From positions 5,599 to 69,598 of the forward strand of contig NZ_JBALWE010000013.1 of NCBI RefSeq assembly GCF_036960865.1: a DNA stretch of 64,000 bases. The letters run 5' to 3'. The stretch comes from Halopseudomonas sp. Its GTDB lineage: Bacteria; Pseudomonadota; Gammaproteobacteria; Pseudomonadales; Pseudomonadaceae. Of this stretch, positions 18,639-27,151 are shown in pieces. How positions within the stretch are numbered: position 1 is the stretch's first letter; each line of letters begins with the position of its first letter. The position numbers and the translations under genes are program-made. A model generated the notes under the pieces. That model did no database searches and had not been told where the DNA came from. It saw only the letters and a program-made list of their open reading frames with translations.

Positions 18639-18794
18639 TCAAAACCGGCTGAAGATGTCGCTCACGACGGCCACAGGGGCGCCAAACAGATCGGCAGCCG
18701 GCAAGGGCGACTGCTGCGAAGCAAAGACGGAGGCGGCGCCAAACACCAGGGCCAGAGCCAGTGGGACAAACCAGGAAGAGCCGGACTTGATCAT
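18639..18794 (-). CDS. 51-aa predicted secreted peptide (hypothetical)
   Basis: Found by hand: GAAGGAGAA RBS, 6 nt, then ATG. The product is MIKSGSSWFVPLALALVFGAASVFA/SQQSPLPAADLFGAPVAVVSDIFSRF, with a signal-peptide-like N-terminus and a VFA-S cleavage motif. It is too short for the ORF track. Confidence 0.4.
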   Translation of the reverse strand: MIKSGSSWFVPLALALVFGAASVFASQQSPLPAADLFGAPVAVVSDIFSRF

Positions 18795-19093
18795 GCTGTT
18801 TTCTCCTTCATCCTGACTGTGCAGGATGCAGAAATATTATTTTTATTTACTGGCAACAGTTTGTTGCATAAAACGCACGACGTCTAGCCACAAAGCGCCA
18901 GATAGCTGTCAATTCAGGCCAAGTACGATAACAAAGCGCCAAAATAGTTAGTGGCGAGCTGCCACACAGGCCATTTGAGCGCGGCATCAGCCTCCACAGA
19001 GCACTGCGTCTCAGCGGTGGCAGTATGTTGATACCCAACGCCAAAGCAATGCTCTGCCTGCTTTGGCGTGACAGCCAAATAACGATGAGGCAC

Positions 19094-19124
19094 AGTAAAA
19101 CCCTGAAGTTACTATAGGTTTATA
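19094..19124 (-). promoter_or_regulatory. MerR-type promoter/operator candidate (19-bp spacer) divergent from cadR
   Basis: The reverse strand reads TATAAA, a 19-nt spacer, then TTTACT. The spacer ACCCTGAAGT-T-ACTATAGGT is an imperfect dyad (7/10), and its reverse complement resembles the CadR operator as I recall it (ACCCTATAGTGGCTACAGGGT). It ends 15 nt from the cadR ATG. Confidence 0.45.
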
Positions 19125-19138
19125 CGAGAGGGGACAAC

Positions 19139-19585
19139 ATGAGAATTGGCAGGTTGGCCGAGTTGACCGGTACCGCCGTAGAAACCGTACGCTACTACGA
19201 AAAAGAGGGACTGCTACCGGAACCGAGCCGCAGCGAGAGCAACTACCGGCAGTATCACGCGCGGCACCTGGAACAGCTGTTTTTTATTCGCAACTGCCGG
19301 GCCTTGGACATGACGCTGAATGAAATTCGCGAGTTGCTGGCTCTGCGAGAGCAACCGCAAGCCAACTGCGGCGACGTCACCGATTTGATCGACGAGCACA
19401 TCGACCACGTCAGCAGCCGCCTGCAGAGCCTCACGCAGCTGCGTGAGCAGCTTATTGAGCTGCGCCACCGCTGCCGCAGCGCCAGCGACGGGGGGCACTG
19501 CGGCATTATTCAACAGCTGGAGGTCAGTGGCGCCGTTCAACCCAGCGAGCAGGACTCCCACGTAGCGCGCAGCCACGGACACTGA
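19139..19585 (+). CDS. cadR: MerR-family Cd(II)/Pb(II)/Zn-responsive regulator, CadR-like
   Basis: The HTH is MRIGRLAELTGTAVETVRYYEKEGLLPEP. Metal-ligand cysteines are present (NCGDV, HRCRS...GGHCG). The His-rich tail HVARSHGH is near-identical to my recollection of P. putida CadR. Confidence 0.75.
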   Translation: MRIGRLAELTGTAVETVRYYEKEGLLPEPSRSESNYRQYHARHLEQLFFIRNCRALDMTLNEIRELLALREQPQANCGDVTDLIDEHIDHVSSRLQSLTQLREQLIELRHRCRSASDGGHCGIIQQLEVSGAVQPSEQDSHVARSHGH

Positions 19586-19591
19586 GCATTA

Positions 19592-20287
19592 CTAAGCCGC
19601 TCGTACCTCTTTTTCCAACTCAGCTTTGAGCCCCGGATCCAGTTTGAGCTGGCTGGCCAGCTCCTGCAGGTAACTGCGCTCCATAAAATTCTCTTCGTCC
19701 ACGATCAGTACACTGGCCAGGTACATCTCGGCGGCCATCTCTGGCGTGCTCGCGGCACTGGCAATATCAGCCGGGTCCAGCGGTTTGTTTAATTCCTGAT
19801 CAAACCAGCGCTGCATCGACGGGTCGCTGGTCAGCTTGGCAATTTCCGCATCAATCAGCTGGCGCTCGCGATCATCCACGTGCCCATCAGCCTTGGCTGC
19901 GCCAATCACCGCACGCAGGATGGCATGGCTGTGCTGTTCTACCTGCGGTGCGGGCAGGCGGTCTACCGTCTGCGGCTGGCCTTGCGGCGCCGCCTGATTA
20001 TTCTGCTGCCAGCTACTGTAGGCTTTGTAGGCGACCAGCCCAAGCGCGGCCAACCCACCGTACTTGACCGCCTTGCCGCCAAACTTGCGCGCCTTCTTGT
20101 TGCCCAGCAACAGGCCGACCGCGCCGGCCGCCAGGGCGCCACCACCGGCACCGCTGAGCAGGCTACTCAACTGGCTGTTGCCAGCGCTGCGCTGCTGGCC
20201 TTGGCCCTGCGCCGCAGCACCACCCTGCCCACCGAGCATGTCGCTGCCGGCTTTCAACAACTGATCCAGCAATCCACCTGTATTCAT
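19592..20287 (-). CDS. DUF533 / TerB-like (YebE-family) inner-membrane protein
   Basis: Start moved to ATG 20287 behind GGAGAG. The protein has a Gly/Gln-rich N-terminus, one TM segment (GALAAGAVGLLLG) and a C-terminal TerB-like region (AKADGHVDDRERQLI). Confidence 0.7.
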   Translation of the reverse strand: MNTGGLLDQLLKAGSDMLGGQGGAAAQGQGQQRSAGNSQLSSLLSGAGGGALAAGAVGLLLGNKKARKFGGKAVKYGGLAALGLVAYKAYSSWQQNNQAAPQGQPQTVDRLPAPQVEQHSHAILRAVIGAAKADGHVDDRERQLIDAEIAKLTSDPSMQRWFDQELNKPLDPADIASAASTPEMAAEMYLASVLIVDEENFMERSYLQELASQLKLDPGLKAELEKEVRAA

Positions 20288-20448
20288 TCTGCTCTCCACA
20301 TTTGACCGCAATTGACAGTTCGACTCAGCGGAGCGCGCAAGGCTCCCCTGGCTGGCCGGCAAGTTGTTGCTGCATTTTTCCAATACAGCTACGCAGGATT
20401 ATTCACACTAGGCTTAACTGAAACTGACTTCGCAGAGGAAACACAATA

Positions 20449-21120
20449 ATGAACGAGGCCACGGGCAAGACCCTGCTGGTATTTGGCGGCAGCGGACTGG
20501 TGGGCATGGAGGTACTGCGGCAGGCGCTGGCCAATCCGGCGGTGAGTCAGGTAGTGGCGCCCACTCGCCGCCCCTTGCCGGTCTCGGTCAGTCATTACGC
20601 CCATCTGCTCAACCCGCAGGTCGATTTCGAGGCGCTGCCGGCTGCGGCCCGCTGGTGGCACGCCGACGCAACGCTCTGCGCGCTGGGCACAACGATGAAA
20701 CAGGCAGGCTCCAAGGACGGTTTTCGCCGGGTCGACCGCGACTACGTGGTCGCTGCGGCGCGGCATAGTCTGAGCGCCGGCACCCGGACCTTTGTGCTTA
20801 ACTCCTCGGTGGGTGCCAGCCCACGTTCTGGGTCGTTCTATTTGCGGGTGAAGGGCGAGGTAGAGCAGGACCTGAAAGCCATGGACTTTCGCTCCCTGAC
20901 GCTGGTGCGGCCATCGCTGCTGGATGGCGGCCCTCGCGCAGACGACCGTCCAGGAGAGGTGTTCGGCCTGCTGCTGTCACGCGGGTTCAAGCCGATCATC
21001 CCCAAACGCTACCGCGCGATCAAGACCAGCGATGTGGCGGCCGCCATGCTGCAGGCCGCCTTGATGGCACCGGTCGGCCAGCAGGTGATCGAATCCAACG
21101 CTATCCCGCGCCAGCGCTAA
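20449..21120 (+). CDS. NAD(P)H-binding (atypical SDR / NmrA-like) protein
   Basis: The N-terminal Rossmann motif is LLVFGGSGLVG. The protein is 223 aa. Confidence 0.7.
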   Translation: MNEATGKTLLVFGGSGLVGMEVLRQALANPAVSQVVAPTRRPLPVSVSHYAHLLNPQVDFEALPAAARWWHADATLCALGTTMKQAGSKDGFRRVDRDYVVAAARHSLSAGTRTFVLNSSVGASPRSGSFYLRVKGEVEQDLKAMDFRSLTLVRPSLLDGGPRADDRPGEVFGLLLSRGFKPIIPKRYRAIKTSDVAAAMLQAALMAPVGQQVIESNAIPRQR

Positions 21121-21174
21121 GCGGGCATGGCGGTGCGCGCGGGACAGCCCTGAGCGCGGAAACGCCCTGAGCGA

Positions 21175-21630
21175 TCAGGGCGCCAGGGTTACCACATCAC
21201 CGCGCAGCGCAACACCGGCGATAACCCCACCGGCATGGCACTCGTACTCGGTGGTGGAGATCATCGGGTTGGCCTTGTAGTAGCTTTCCAGATTGACCAC
21301 CGCGTTGCCGCCTTCACTGCGCACCCGGTCCTGGAAACTCAGCAGGGCTGACAGCAATGCCCAGCGACAGGCCGCCTCATCGCTCTTGCCAAAGGCATTG
21401 GTCTTCTTGTTGCTGGTGTAGTTGCCGTGGCGCTCGCCGATGCTTTTACCTGCTGGCAGGCCGCCAAAGCTGAAGGTAATAGTGGAGTCGAGCTTCTCCT
21501 GAAAATCAGCCGAGTTCATCGCCTCTTCAATCGACAGCATCAGCTTGGTATCGCGTGCCTGCGCGTTGCCGGCGGCAAGCAGGCCCAGGGTAAGCGCCAG
21601 CGCCGTGGTAGTAAGCATTCCTTTTTTCAT
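21175..21630 (-). CDS. Secreted hypothetical protein
   Basis: The signal peptide is MKKGMLTTTALALTLGLLAAGNAQA. It is a conserved-looking 151-aa protein; function not recognised. Confidence 0.6.
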   Translation of the reverse strand: MKKGMLTTTALALTLGLLAAGNAQARDTKLMLSIEEAMNSADFQEKLDSTITFSFGGLPAGKSIGERHGNYTSNKKTNAFGKSDEAACRWALLSALLSFQDRVRSEGGNAVVNLESYYKANPMISTTEYECHAGGVIAGVALRGDVVTLAP

Positions 21631-21679
21631 CGTCAGTCCTATTGGTCAGTGGTTGCTTGCGTAATTCTGCGCGCCGGGT

Positions 21680-22942
21680 TCAGCCAACCCAGCGGCGAAA
21701 AATCAACGAGGTATTGATGCCGCCAAAAGCGAAGTTATTGCTCATGACGTAATCGCACTGCAAGGCCCGCGCCTCGCCGCGAATGTAATCCAAGGGCGCG
21801 CAGTCGGCATCGGACTCGTCCAGGTTGGCGGTGGCGTGGAACCACCCGGCGCGCATCATCTCGATGGCTACCCAGGCTTCCAGCGCGCCGCAGGCGCCCA
21901 AGGTGTGCCCGGTAAAGCTCTTGAACGCGCTGATCGGCGTGGTGCTGCCAAACACCGCGTGCGTGGCGGTGCTCTCGGCTACATCGCCACGGTCGGTCGC
22001 AGTGCCATGAGCGCTGACGTAGCCGATCTGTTCCGGCTGCAGGCAGGCATCGGCCAGGCCACTGCGGATCGCGCGCTCCATCATCTCGGCATCCGGCTGG
22101 GTGACGTGACGACCATCGCTGTTGGTGCCAAAGCCCATGACTTCGGCGTAGATGGTCGCGCCGCGCTCCAGTGCATGCTGCAGGTCTTCCAGAATCAGCG
22201 CACCGGCGCCTTCGCCCACCACCAGACCGTCGCGCGCGGCATCAAAGGGGCGTGGCGAGGTGTGCGGTGCGTCGTTGCGCGTGCTGGTGGCGAACAGGGT
22301 ATCGAATACCGCAGCTTCCGAGGCGGACAGCTCCTCGCAGCCGCCGGCGATCATCGCCTTCTGACGGCCGAAACGGATCGCCTCATAGGCGTAACCGATG
22401 CCCTGGCTACCCGAGGTGCAGGCGCTGGAGGTGGTATGAATGCGCCCGCGCACTCCGAGAAACACACCGATGTTCACCGCAGCGGTGTGCGCCATCATGC
22501 GAATGTAGGAATTGGCATTCAGTCCGTCGGTCGATTTGTTGATCAGCATATTGCCGAAATCAGCCACCGCATCCGGCTCACCGGCCGAGGCGCCATAGGC
22601 AATGCCCATGTCACCGCTGCTCACCAAAGGGTGCCCCAGCAGCCCGGCGTCAGCCAGCGCCAGCTCACTCGCGCGGGTCGCCATGCGCGCGCCGCGGCCC
22701 ATGCTCCGCATGGCACGGCGGGTGTACTGGGCGGGCAACTCGAAGGGCGCGACAGGGCCGCCCAGCCGGGTGTTCAGCCCCTCGTACTCAGCCCAGTCGT
22801 CCATATGCCGAATGCCGGTCTGCATTGCCTGCAGGTTCGCGGCGATGCTCGGCCAGTCATTGCCGATGGGAGAGAACCCCGCCATGCCGGTGATCACCAC
22901 GCGGCGCCCCAGACCATCGGCGCGCACTGCCTTGCCATCCAT
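21680..22942 (-). CDS. Beta-ketoacyl-ACP synthase (ApeR-like KS)
   Basis: The active-site region is TTSSACTSGSQGIG, and His motifs are HGTATDRGD and TGHTLGA. The ATG at 22942 shares 1 nt with the KR stop. Confidence 0.85.
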   Translation of the reverse strand: MDGKAVRADGLGRRVVITGMAGFSPIGNDWPSIAANLQAMQTGIRHMDDWAEYEGLNTRLGGPVAPFELPAQYTRRAMRSMGRGARMATRASELALADAGLLGHPLVSSGDMGIAYGASAGEPDAVADFGNMLINKSTDGLNANSYIRMMAHTAAVNIGVFLGVRGRIHTTSSACTSGSQGIGYAYEAIRFGRQKAMIAGGCEELSASEAAVFDTLFATSTRNDAPHTSPRPFDAARDGLVVGEGAGALILEDLQHALERGATIYAEVMGFGTNSDGRHVTQPDAEMMERAIRSGLADACLQPEQIGYVSAHGTATDRGDVAESTATHAVFGSTTPISAFKSFTGHTLGACGALEAWVAIEMMRAGWFHATANLDESDADCAPLDYIRGEARALQCDYVMSNNFAFGGINTSLIFRRWVG

Positions 22943-23667
22943 CAGCACATACCTCCATTGACCGACAGCACCTGCCGGGTGATATAGCCGGCCTCGGCCG
23001 AACACAAAAAGCTCACGGCGGCCGCTACTTCTTCCACGGTACCGGTGCGCTGCATGGGGATCGCCTTCATCGCCTCGCTGATGATCTGCTCATCCAGCAT
23101 TTCAGTCTCGATCAGCCCCGGCGCCACGCAATTGACCGTAATCTTGCGCTTGGCCAGCTCTACTGCCAACGCCTTGACCGCACCGATGAGCCCCGCCTTG
23201 CTGGCACTGTAATTGACCTGGCCACGGTTGCCCATCACCCCGGAGACCGACGACATGACGACGATGCGTCCGGCCTTGCGGCGGCGAATCATCGGCATCA
23301 TCACCGGCTTAAGCACGTTGTAGAAGCCGTCCAGATTGGTGTGAATGACCCGGTCCCAGTCATCATCACTGAGCGCCGGGAAGGCACCGTCAGCCGTCAC
23401 CCCGGCGTTGCAGACCACGCCGTAATAGGCGCCATGCGCCTCGACATCGGCTTCCAGTGCAGCGCAGGCGGCGGCCCGATCAGCCACATCGAAACACAGC
23501 ACCCGGGCATCTCGCCCCAGCGCGCGAATCTGCTCAGCCACCTGCTCGGCAGCGGCCTGCTGGCTGCGGCAATGCAGCACTACGTCAAAGCCGTCACGGG
23601 CCAGCCGCAAGGCGACGGCCTGGCCGATGCCGCGGCTGGAGCCGGTAATCAAGATGGTGTCGGTCAT
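22942..23667 (-). CDS. 3-oxoacyl-ACP reductase (FabG/ApeQ-like)
   Basis: ITGSSRGIG cofactor motif, NAG, and YSASKAG (YxxxK). Confidence 0.9.
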   Translation of the reverse strand: MTDTILITGSSRGIGQAVALRLARDGFDVVLHCRSQQAAAEQVAEQIRALGRDARVLCFDVADRAAACAALEADVEAHGAYYGVVCNAGVTADGAFPALSDDDWDRVIHTNLDGFYNVLKPVMMPMIRRRKAGRIVVMSSVSGVMGNRGQVNYSASKAGLIGAVKALAVELAKRKITVNCVAPGLIETEMLDEQIISEAMKAIPMQRTGTVEEVAAAVSFLCSAEAGYITRQVLSVNGGMC

Positions 23668-24140
23668 GGCATTTCTCCATTGCTCAGCGCGGCCAGCGCC
23701 TCGGCGGAATTGGGCTGGTAAACGTTCAGGGTGGCGCTGGCCAGCACCGCGCCCTGCTGATCCAGCACCTGGCCGCGGAAGGCGCCCAGGCCGTTGTCGG
23801 CACGAAAATCCAGAAACACCTCGATGCGCAGCGGCACATTCAAGGCAAAGTGATCAACGCTGGTCTGATAGCGACGCGAACCGAGCAGAAAGCCCACTGC
23901 CGGTAGCTCGCCCGCCTGCACCGCCTGCACGCCGGCCCAGGCTGCCACGGCCTGCGCCATCCACTCCAGCCCTACCCAGCCGGGAATGCCCTGCGCGGTG
24001 GCGAACAGATCGTCATCGCGGGGGCAAACCTCGGCGTACAGGTGGTCATTGTTGAACTCAAGCAGTTGATCCAGCAGGCACATACCTTCGGCGTGGGGCA
24101 CGTAGGGCGCGATCGGGCAGGGCGTGGTCAGCTCAACCAT
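23664..24140 (-). CDS. Hotdog-fold 3-hydroxyacyl-ACP dehydratase (ApeP-like)
   Basis: The start MVELTTPCPIAPYVPHAEGMCLLD contains the typical HxxxM/L hotdog His region. The gene lies between KS and KR. Confidence 0.7.
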   Translation of the reverse strand: MVELTTPCPIAPYVPHAEGMCLLDQLLEFNNDHLYAEVCPRDDDLFATAQGIPGWVGLEWMAQAVAAWAGVQAVQAGELPAVGFLLGSRRYQTSVDHFALNVPLRIEVFLDFRADNGLGAFRGQVLDQQGAVLASATLNVYQPNSAEALAALSNGEMP

Positions 24141-25326
24141 CGGTGCGCTCCAGCAGCAGGGCGGCGTTGTTGCCGCCAAAGGCGAAGGAGTTGCTCAGCG
24201 CGCGGCGTAGCGGCGCCGCCTCAGCGGTTGCCAGGCGAATCGGCGCCAGCGCCGAATCTATCACGCCGTCGTTGACCTGCGGCGGCAGACAGCCCTCGCG
24301 CAGCGCCAGCCAGCAGAAGGCCGCCTCCAGCGCGCCGCAGGCACCCAGGGTATGACCGGTCAGCGCTTTGGTCGAACTGCAGGGCGCCTGCTCGCCAAAC
24401 AGCTGATAGATGGCCTGCGCCTCCATGCTGTCGTTCTGCGCCGTGGCGGTGCCGTGCAAGTTGACGTAGTCGACTTGTGCGGCGCTGACACCGGCCATGT
24501 TAAGCGCAGCCTGCATCGCCGCCTGGGCGCCGCTGCCATCGGCCAGCGGCGCCGAAATGTGGTGCGCGTCGCTGCTTTCGCCATAACCGGCGAGCTGAAT
24601 ACCGCCGGGCTCGGGTGTCATCAGAAACAGCGCCGCCGCTTCGCCAATGTTGATGCCACGGCGATTGGGCGAGAACGGCAGGCTGGGCTGGTCACTGACC
24701 GCTTCCAGCGCGGCAAAGCCGTTCACCGTCAGCGCACAGAGACTGTCGGCGCCGCCCGCGATCACCGCATCGCAGAGCCCCAGCGCCAGCAAACGTCGAC
24801 CACTGGCCAACGCCCGGGCGCTGGAGCTGCACGCAGTCGACAGGGTGTACGCCGGGCCATCCAGGCCCAAGTGCGCCGCAACAAAGGCCGCAGGTGAACC
24901 TATCTCCTGGCGCTGATAGGCGAAGCTCTCCGGCCAGTCGCCGTGCTGCTGAAAATGCACCACGGCGGCCTCGCTTTCACCGATACCCGAGGTACTGGTG
25001 CCCAGCACCACGCCGATACGCGCCTGGGGTTGCCGCGCGCGCAGCGCAGCCAAGTCCGGCGCCAGTTGCTGCAGCGCGGCGGCCAGCAGTTGGTTGTTAC
25101 GCGAACGATGCTCGGCCGGCCAGCCATGCATGGGCGGCAGTTCGCCGGTAACCAGCCCCAGTGGCAGCGCTCGCCCGGGAGTGAAGCTATCAGTGACCGT
25201 CAGGCCCCGCTCACCGCTGAACAGCTTATGCGCGATAGCCGCCAGATTGTCGCCCAGCGAGCACAACAGCGCCGGCGTCGAAAGACGACAGGGCTGATCT
25301 TGCAGGGCATTCAGTAATTCGGGCAT
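24133..25326 (-). CDS. Beta-ketoacyl-ACP synthase (ApeO-like KS)
   Basis: Active-site Cys in LSTACSSSARAL; HGTATAQND; TGHTLGACGA. Confidence 0.85.
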   Translation of the reverse strand: MPELLNALQDQPCRLSTPALLCSLGDNLAAIAHKLFSGERGLTVTDSFTPGRALPLGLVTGELPPMHGWPAEHRSRNNQLLAAALQQLAPDLAALRARQPQARIGVVLGTSTSGIGESEAAVVHFQQHGDWPESFAYQRQEIGSPAAFVAAHLGLDGPAYTLSTACSSSARALASGRRLLALGLCDAVIAGGADSLCALTVNGFAALEAVSDQPSLPFSPNRRGINIGEAAALFLMTPEPGGIQLAGYGESSDAHHISAPLADGSGAQAAMQAALNMAGVSAAQVDYVNLHGTATAQNDSMEAQAIYQLFGEQAPCSSTKALTGHTLGACGALEAAFCWLALREGCLPPQVNDGVIDSALAPIRLATAEAAPLRRALSNSFAFGGNNAALLLERTDG

Positions 25327-25859
25327 GGCGTGGTGGTCCGCGCGGCATCGGCCACGGTGATGGTTAGCTGGTAGCCGGCGTCAAGGTCGTCAATCAGGCG
25401 GCAGTGGCCGTCTATTTTAACCTTGGCAATCAGTTGCTTGCGATAATAAATCGCACGCCGCTGCGGGCTGCCCTGCAGCGTCCATCGGCTGCCGGCAAAG
25501 GCCTGATGCAGAGCCTTGGCAGGCCACAGCGACCAGGCCAGGCGGCTACCCAGCCAGTCGGCATCAAAGGGCGGTTGCCATACCGCGGAGTGCATTTGTG
25601 CACCGCTGGCGTCGCGCTGCCAGCTGAGCAGCCGCTGCCCCTGCGGGCTGAGCAGCACCAGACGCAGGCTGTCGCTATCACGGCGCAGCACGCCGATCAT
25701 CACATGGGTTTGATCCCCATGGACAAAGCGCAGCTGCAGGGTTTGCGCGGGTGCCGGCGGCAGGGCCGCCAGATCCGGTGGCGGCGCTGGCGTTGGCGAC
25801 AGCAGCGCGCAGCCACTGAGCAACAGCAGTACCAGCAGCGCGGCGGGCAGCCGGATCAC
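25311..25859 (-). CDS. DUF3261-like lipoprotein (ApeN-like)
   Basis: GTG start with a GTGA overlap. The lipobox is LLLLSGC. Confidence 0.65.
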   Translation of the reverse strand: MIRLPAALLVLLLLSGCALLSPTPAPPPDLAALPPAPAQTLQLRFVHGDQTHVMIGVLRRDSDSLRLVLLSPQGQRLLSWQRDASGAQMHSAVWQPPFDADWLGSRLAWSLWPAKALHQAFAGSRWTLQGSPQRRAIYYRKQLIAKVKIDGHCRLIDDLDAGYQLTITVADAARTTTPCPNY

Positions 25860-27136
25860 GCTGGTGCCTGCGTCAGGTCAAAGGGGCTCTCGATACTGCT
25901 CTGCGCCAGCACATCCAGCCGTCTGCGGCTGGCCGCCACCAGTGGGTTGCTGGCATCCCAGGCATAACCGGCCAAGACCGCACTGATCATGCTGCGAATA
26001 CGCTCCGGCTGACGCTCATTGAAGATGATCCGCGGCAGACGGCCGTCATACCAGGCCAGTACGAACTCGCGGAAGGTATCCACGCCGGCGCGCAGTGGTT
26101 GTTCGAACGCGGTTTGCCAGTCGACCGTCTCACCTTGGAGCTGCCGCTGCACCAGCGGCGCCGCCAGCCAACCCGAATGCAGCGCGATAGTGACGCCCGA
26201 GGAAAACACCGGATCGAGAAACTCGCCGGCGTTGCCGAGCAGCGCAAAGCCCGGGCCGTGCAACTGCTTGACGGCAGCCGAGTACCCCTCCAAACGGCCG
26301 GTATCGCGCACCTGTACAGCGTTTTTCAGCAGTTCGGCGTAGCGCGGCTCCTGGCGCAACATGGCCCACAGGCGTTCGGCATCATCCAGACCCGCCTGCT
26401 CCAGGGTCGCGCGATCACCCACCACACCGACCGAGGCGCGGCCATCGCTGAAGGGGATCAGCCAGTACCAGACACCCGGCAGCTGAGGATGAATACCGAT
26501 GAGAATCTTGTTGCGATCGTAATCAGCGGTGTCGATACGGTCTTCCACATGCATGAACAGCGCGCAGCGCGACTCCAGTACTGACTCGCAGGCCAACCCG
26601 GTCAGCCGCGCCAGCACCCGGCCATAGCCACTGGCATCCAGCACGAAGCGCGCCTGCAATTGCTGCTCCTCGCCCTCCGCCGTGACCAGGCGGATCTGCG
26701 GATGCAGCGCATCGGGCGTAAAATCGGTTACCTTGCAGCCAAACAGCACATCGGCGCCCAGCGCCTGCGCGCCCTGAATCAGCCGCTGGTCAAAATCCGC
26801 GCGCGGCACCTGCCAGGTGGTACCGGGGCCGGGGCTGAACTTCTCGGTAAACTGGATCGCGGCCGTTTGATCGCGCCAGCAAAAGGCGGCGCCATCCTTG
26901 TACTGGAAGCCCCCGGCCTCGGCCGCCGCCAGCAGCCCGCACGCGTCAAGGTAATGCATGCACTGCGGTAACAGGCTCTCGCCAATCGAGAACCGCGGGA
27001 ACTGGCTCTGCTCCAGCACCCGCACCCGCAGGCCGGCACGCGCCAGCCAGGCTGCGGCGGCGGCCCCCGCCGGACCTGCACCGATAATGGCGACGTCAAC
27101 CTGTTCTACGCTCGACTCTGCCGTGGTGTTCTGCAT
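25856..27136 (-). CDS. FAD-dependent oxidoreductase with flavin-dependent-halogenase signature
   Basis: GAGPAG dinucleotide motif; FPRFSIGESLLP; an exact WxWxIP motif (WYWLIP, nt 26453-26470); GNAGEFLDPVFSSGV. The ATG at 27136 lies behind AGGGAG. Confidence 0.75.
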   Translation of the reverse strand: MQNTTAESSVEQVDVAIIGAGPAGAAAAAWLARAGLRVRVLEQSQFPRFSIGESLLPQCMHYLDACGLLAAAEAGGFQYKDGAAFCWRDQTAAIQFTEKFSPGPGTTWQVPRADFDQRLIQGAQALGADVLFGCKVTDFTPDALHPQIRLVTAEGEEQQLQARFVLDASGYGRVLARLTGLACESVLESRCALFMHVEDRIDTADYDRNKILIGIHPQLPGVWYWLIPFSDGRASVGVVGDRATLEQAGLDDAERLWAMLRQEPRYAELLKNAVQVRDTGRLEGYSAAVKQLHGPGFALLGNAGEFLDPVFSSGVTIALHSGWLAAPLVQRQLQGETVDWQTAFEQPLRAGVDTFREFVLAWYDGRLPRIIFNERQPERIRSMISAVLAGYAWDASNPLVAASRRRLDVLAQSSIESPFDLTQAPA

Positions 27137-27151
27137 CTGCACTCCCTGCAA

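Noticed and set aside
18609-19044. Track ORFs 18609-18887 (+) and 18847-19044 (-, TTG start)
   Set aside because: The first is antisense to the RBS-preceded small secreted ORF and has a basic low-complexity product. The second has no RBS, an alternative start and an implausible Cys/Arg/Trp-rich sequence in an AT-richer, apparently non-coding stretch.
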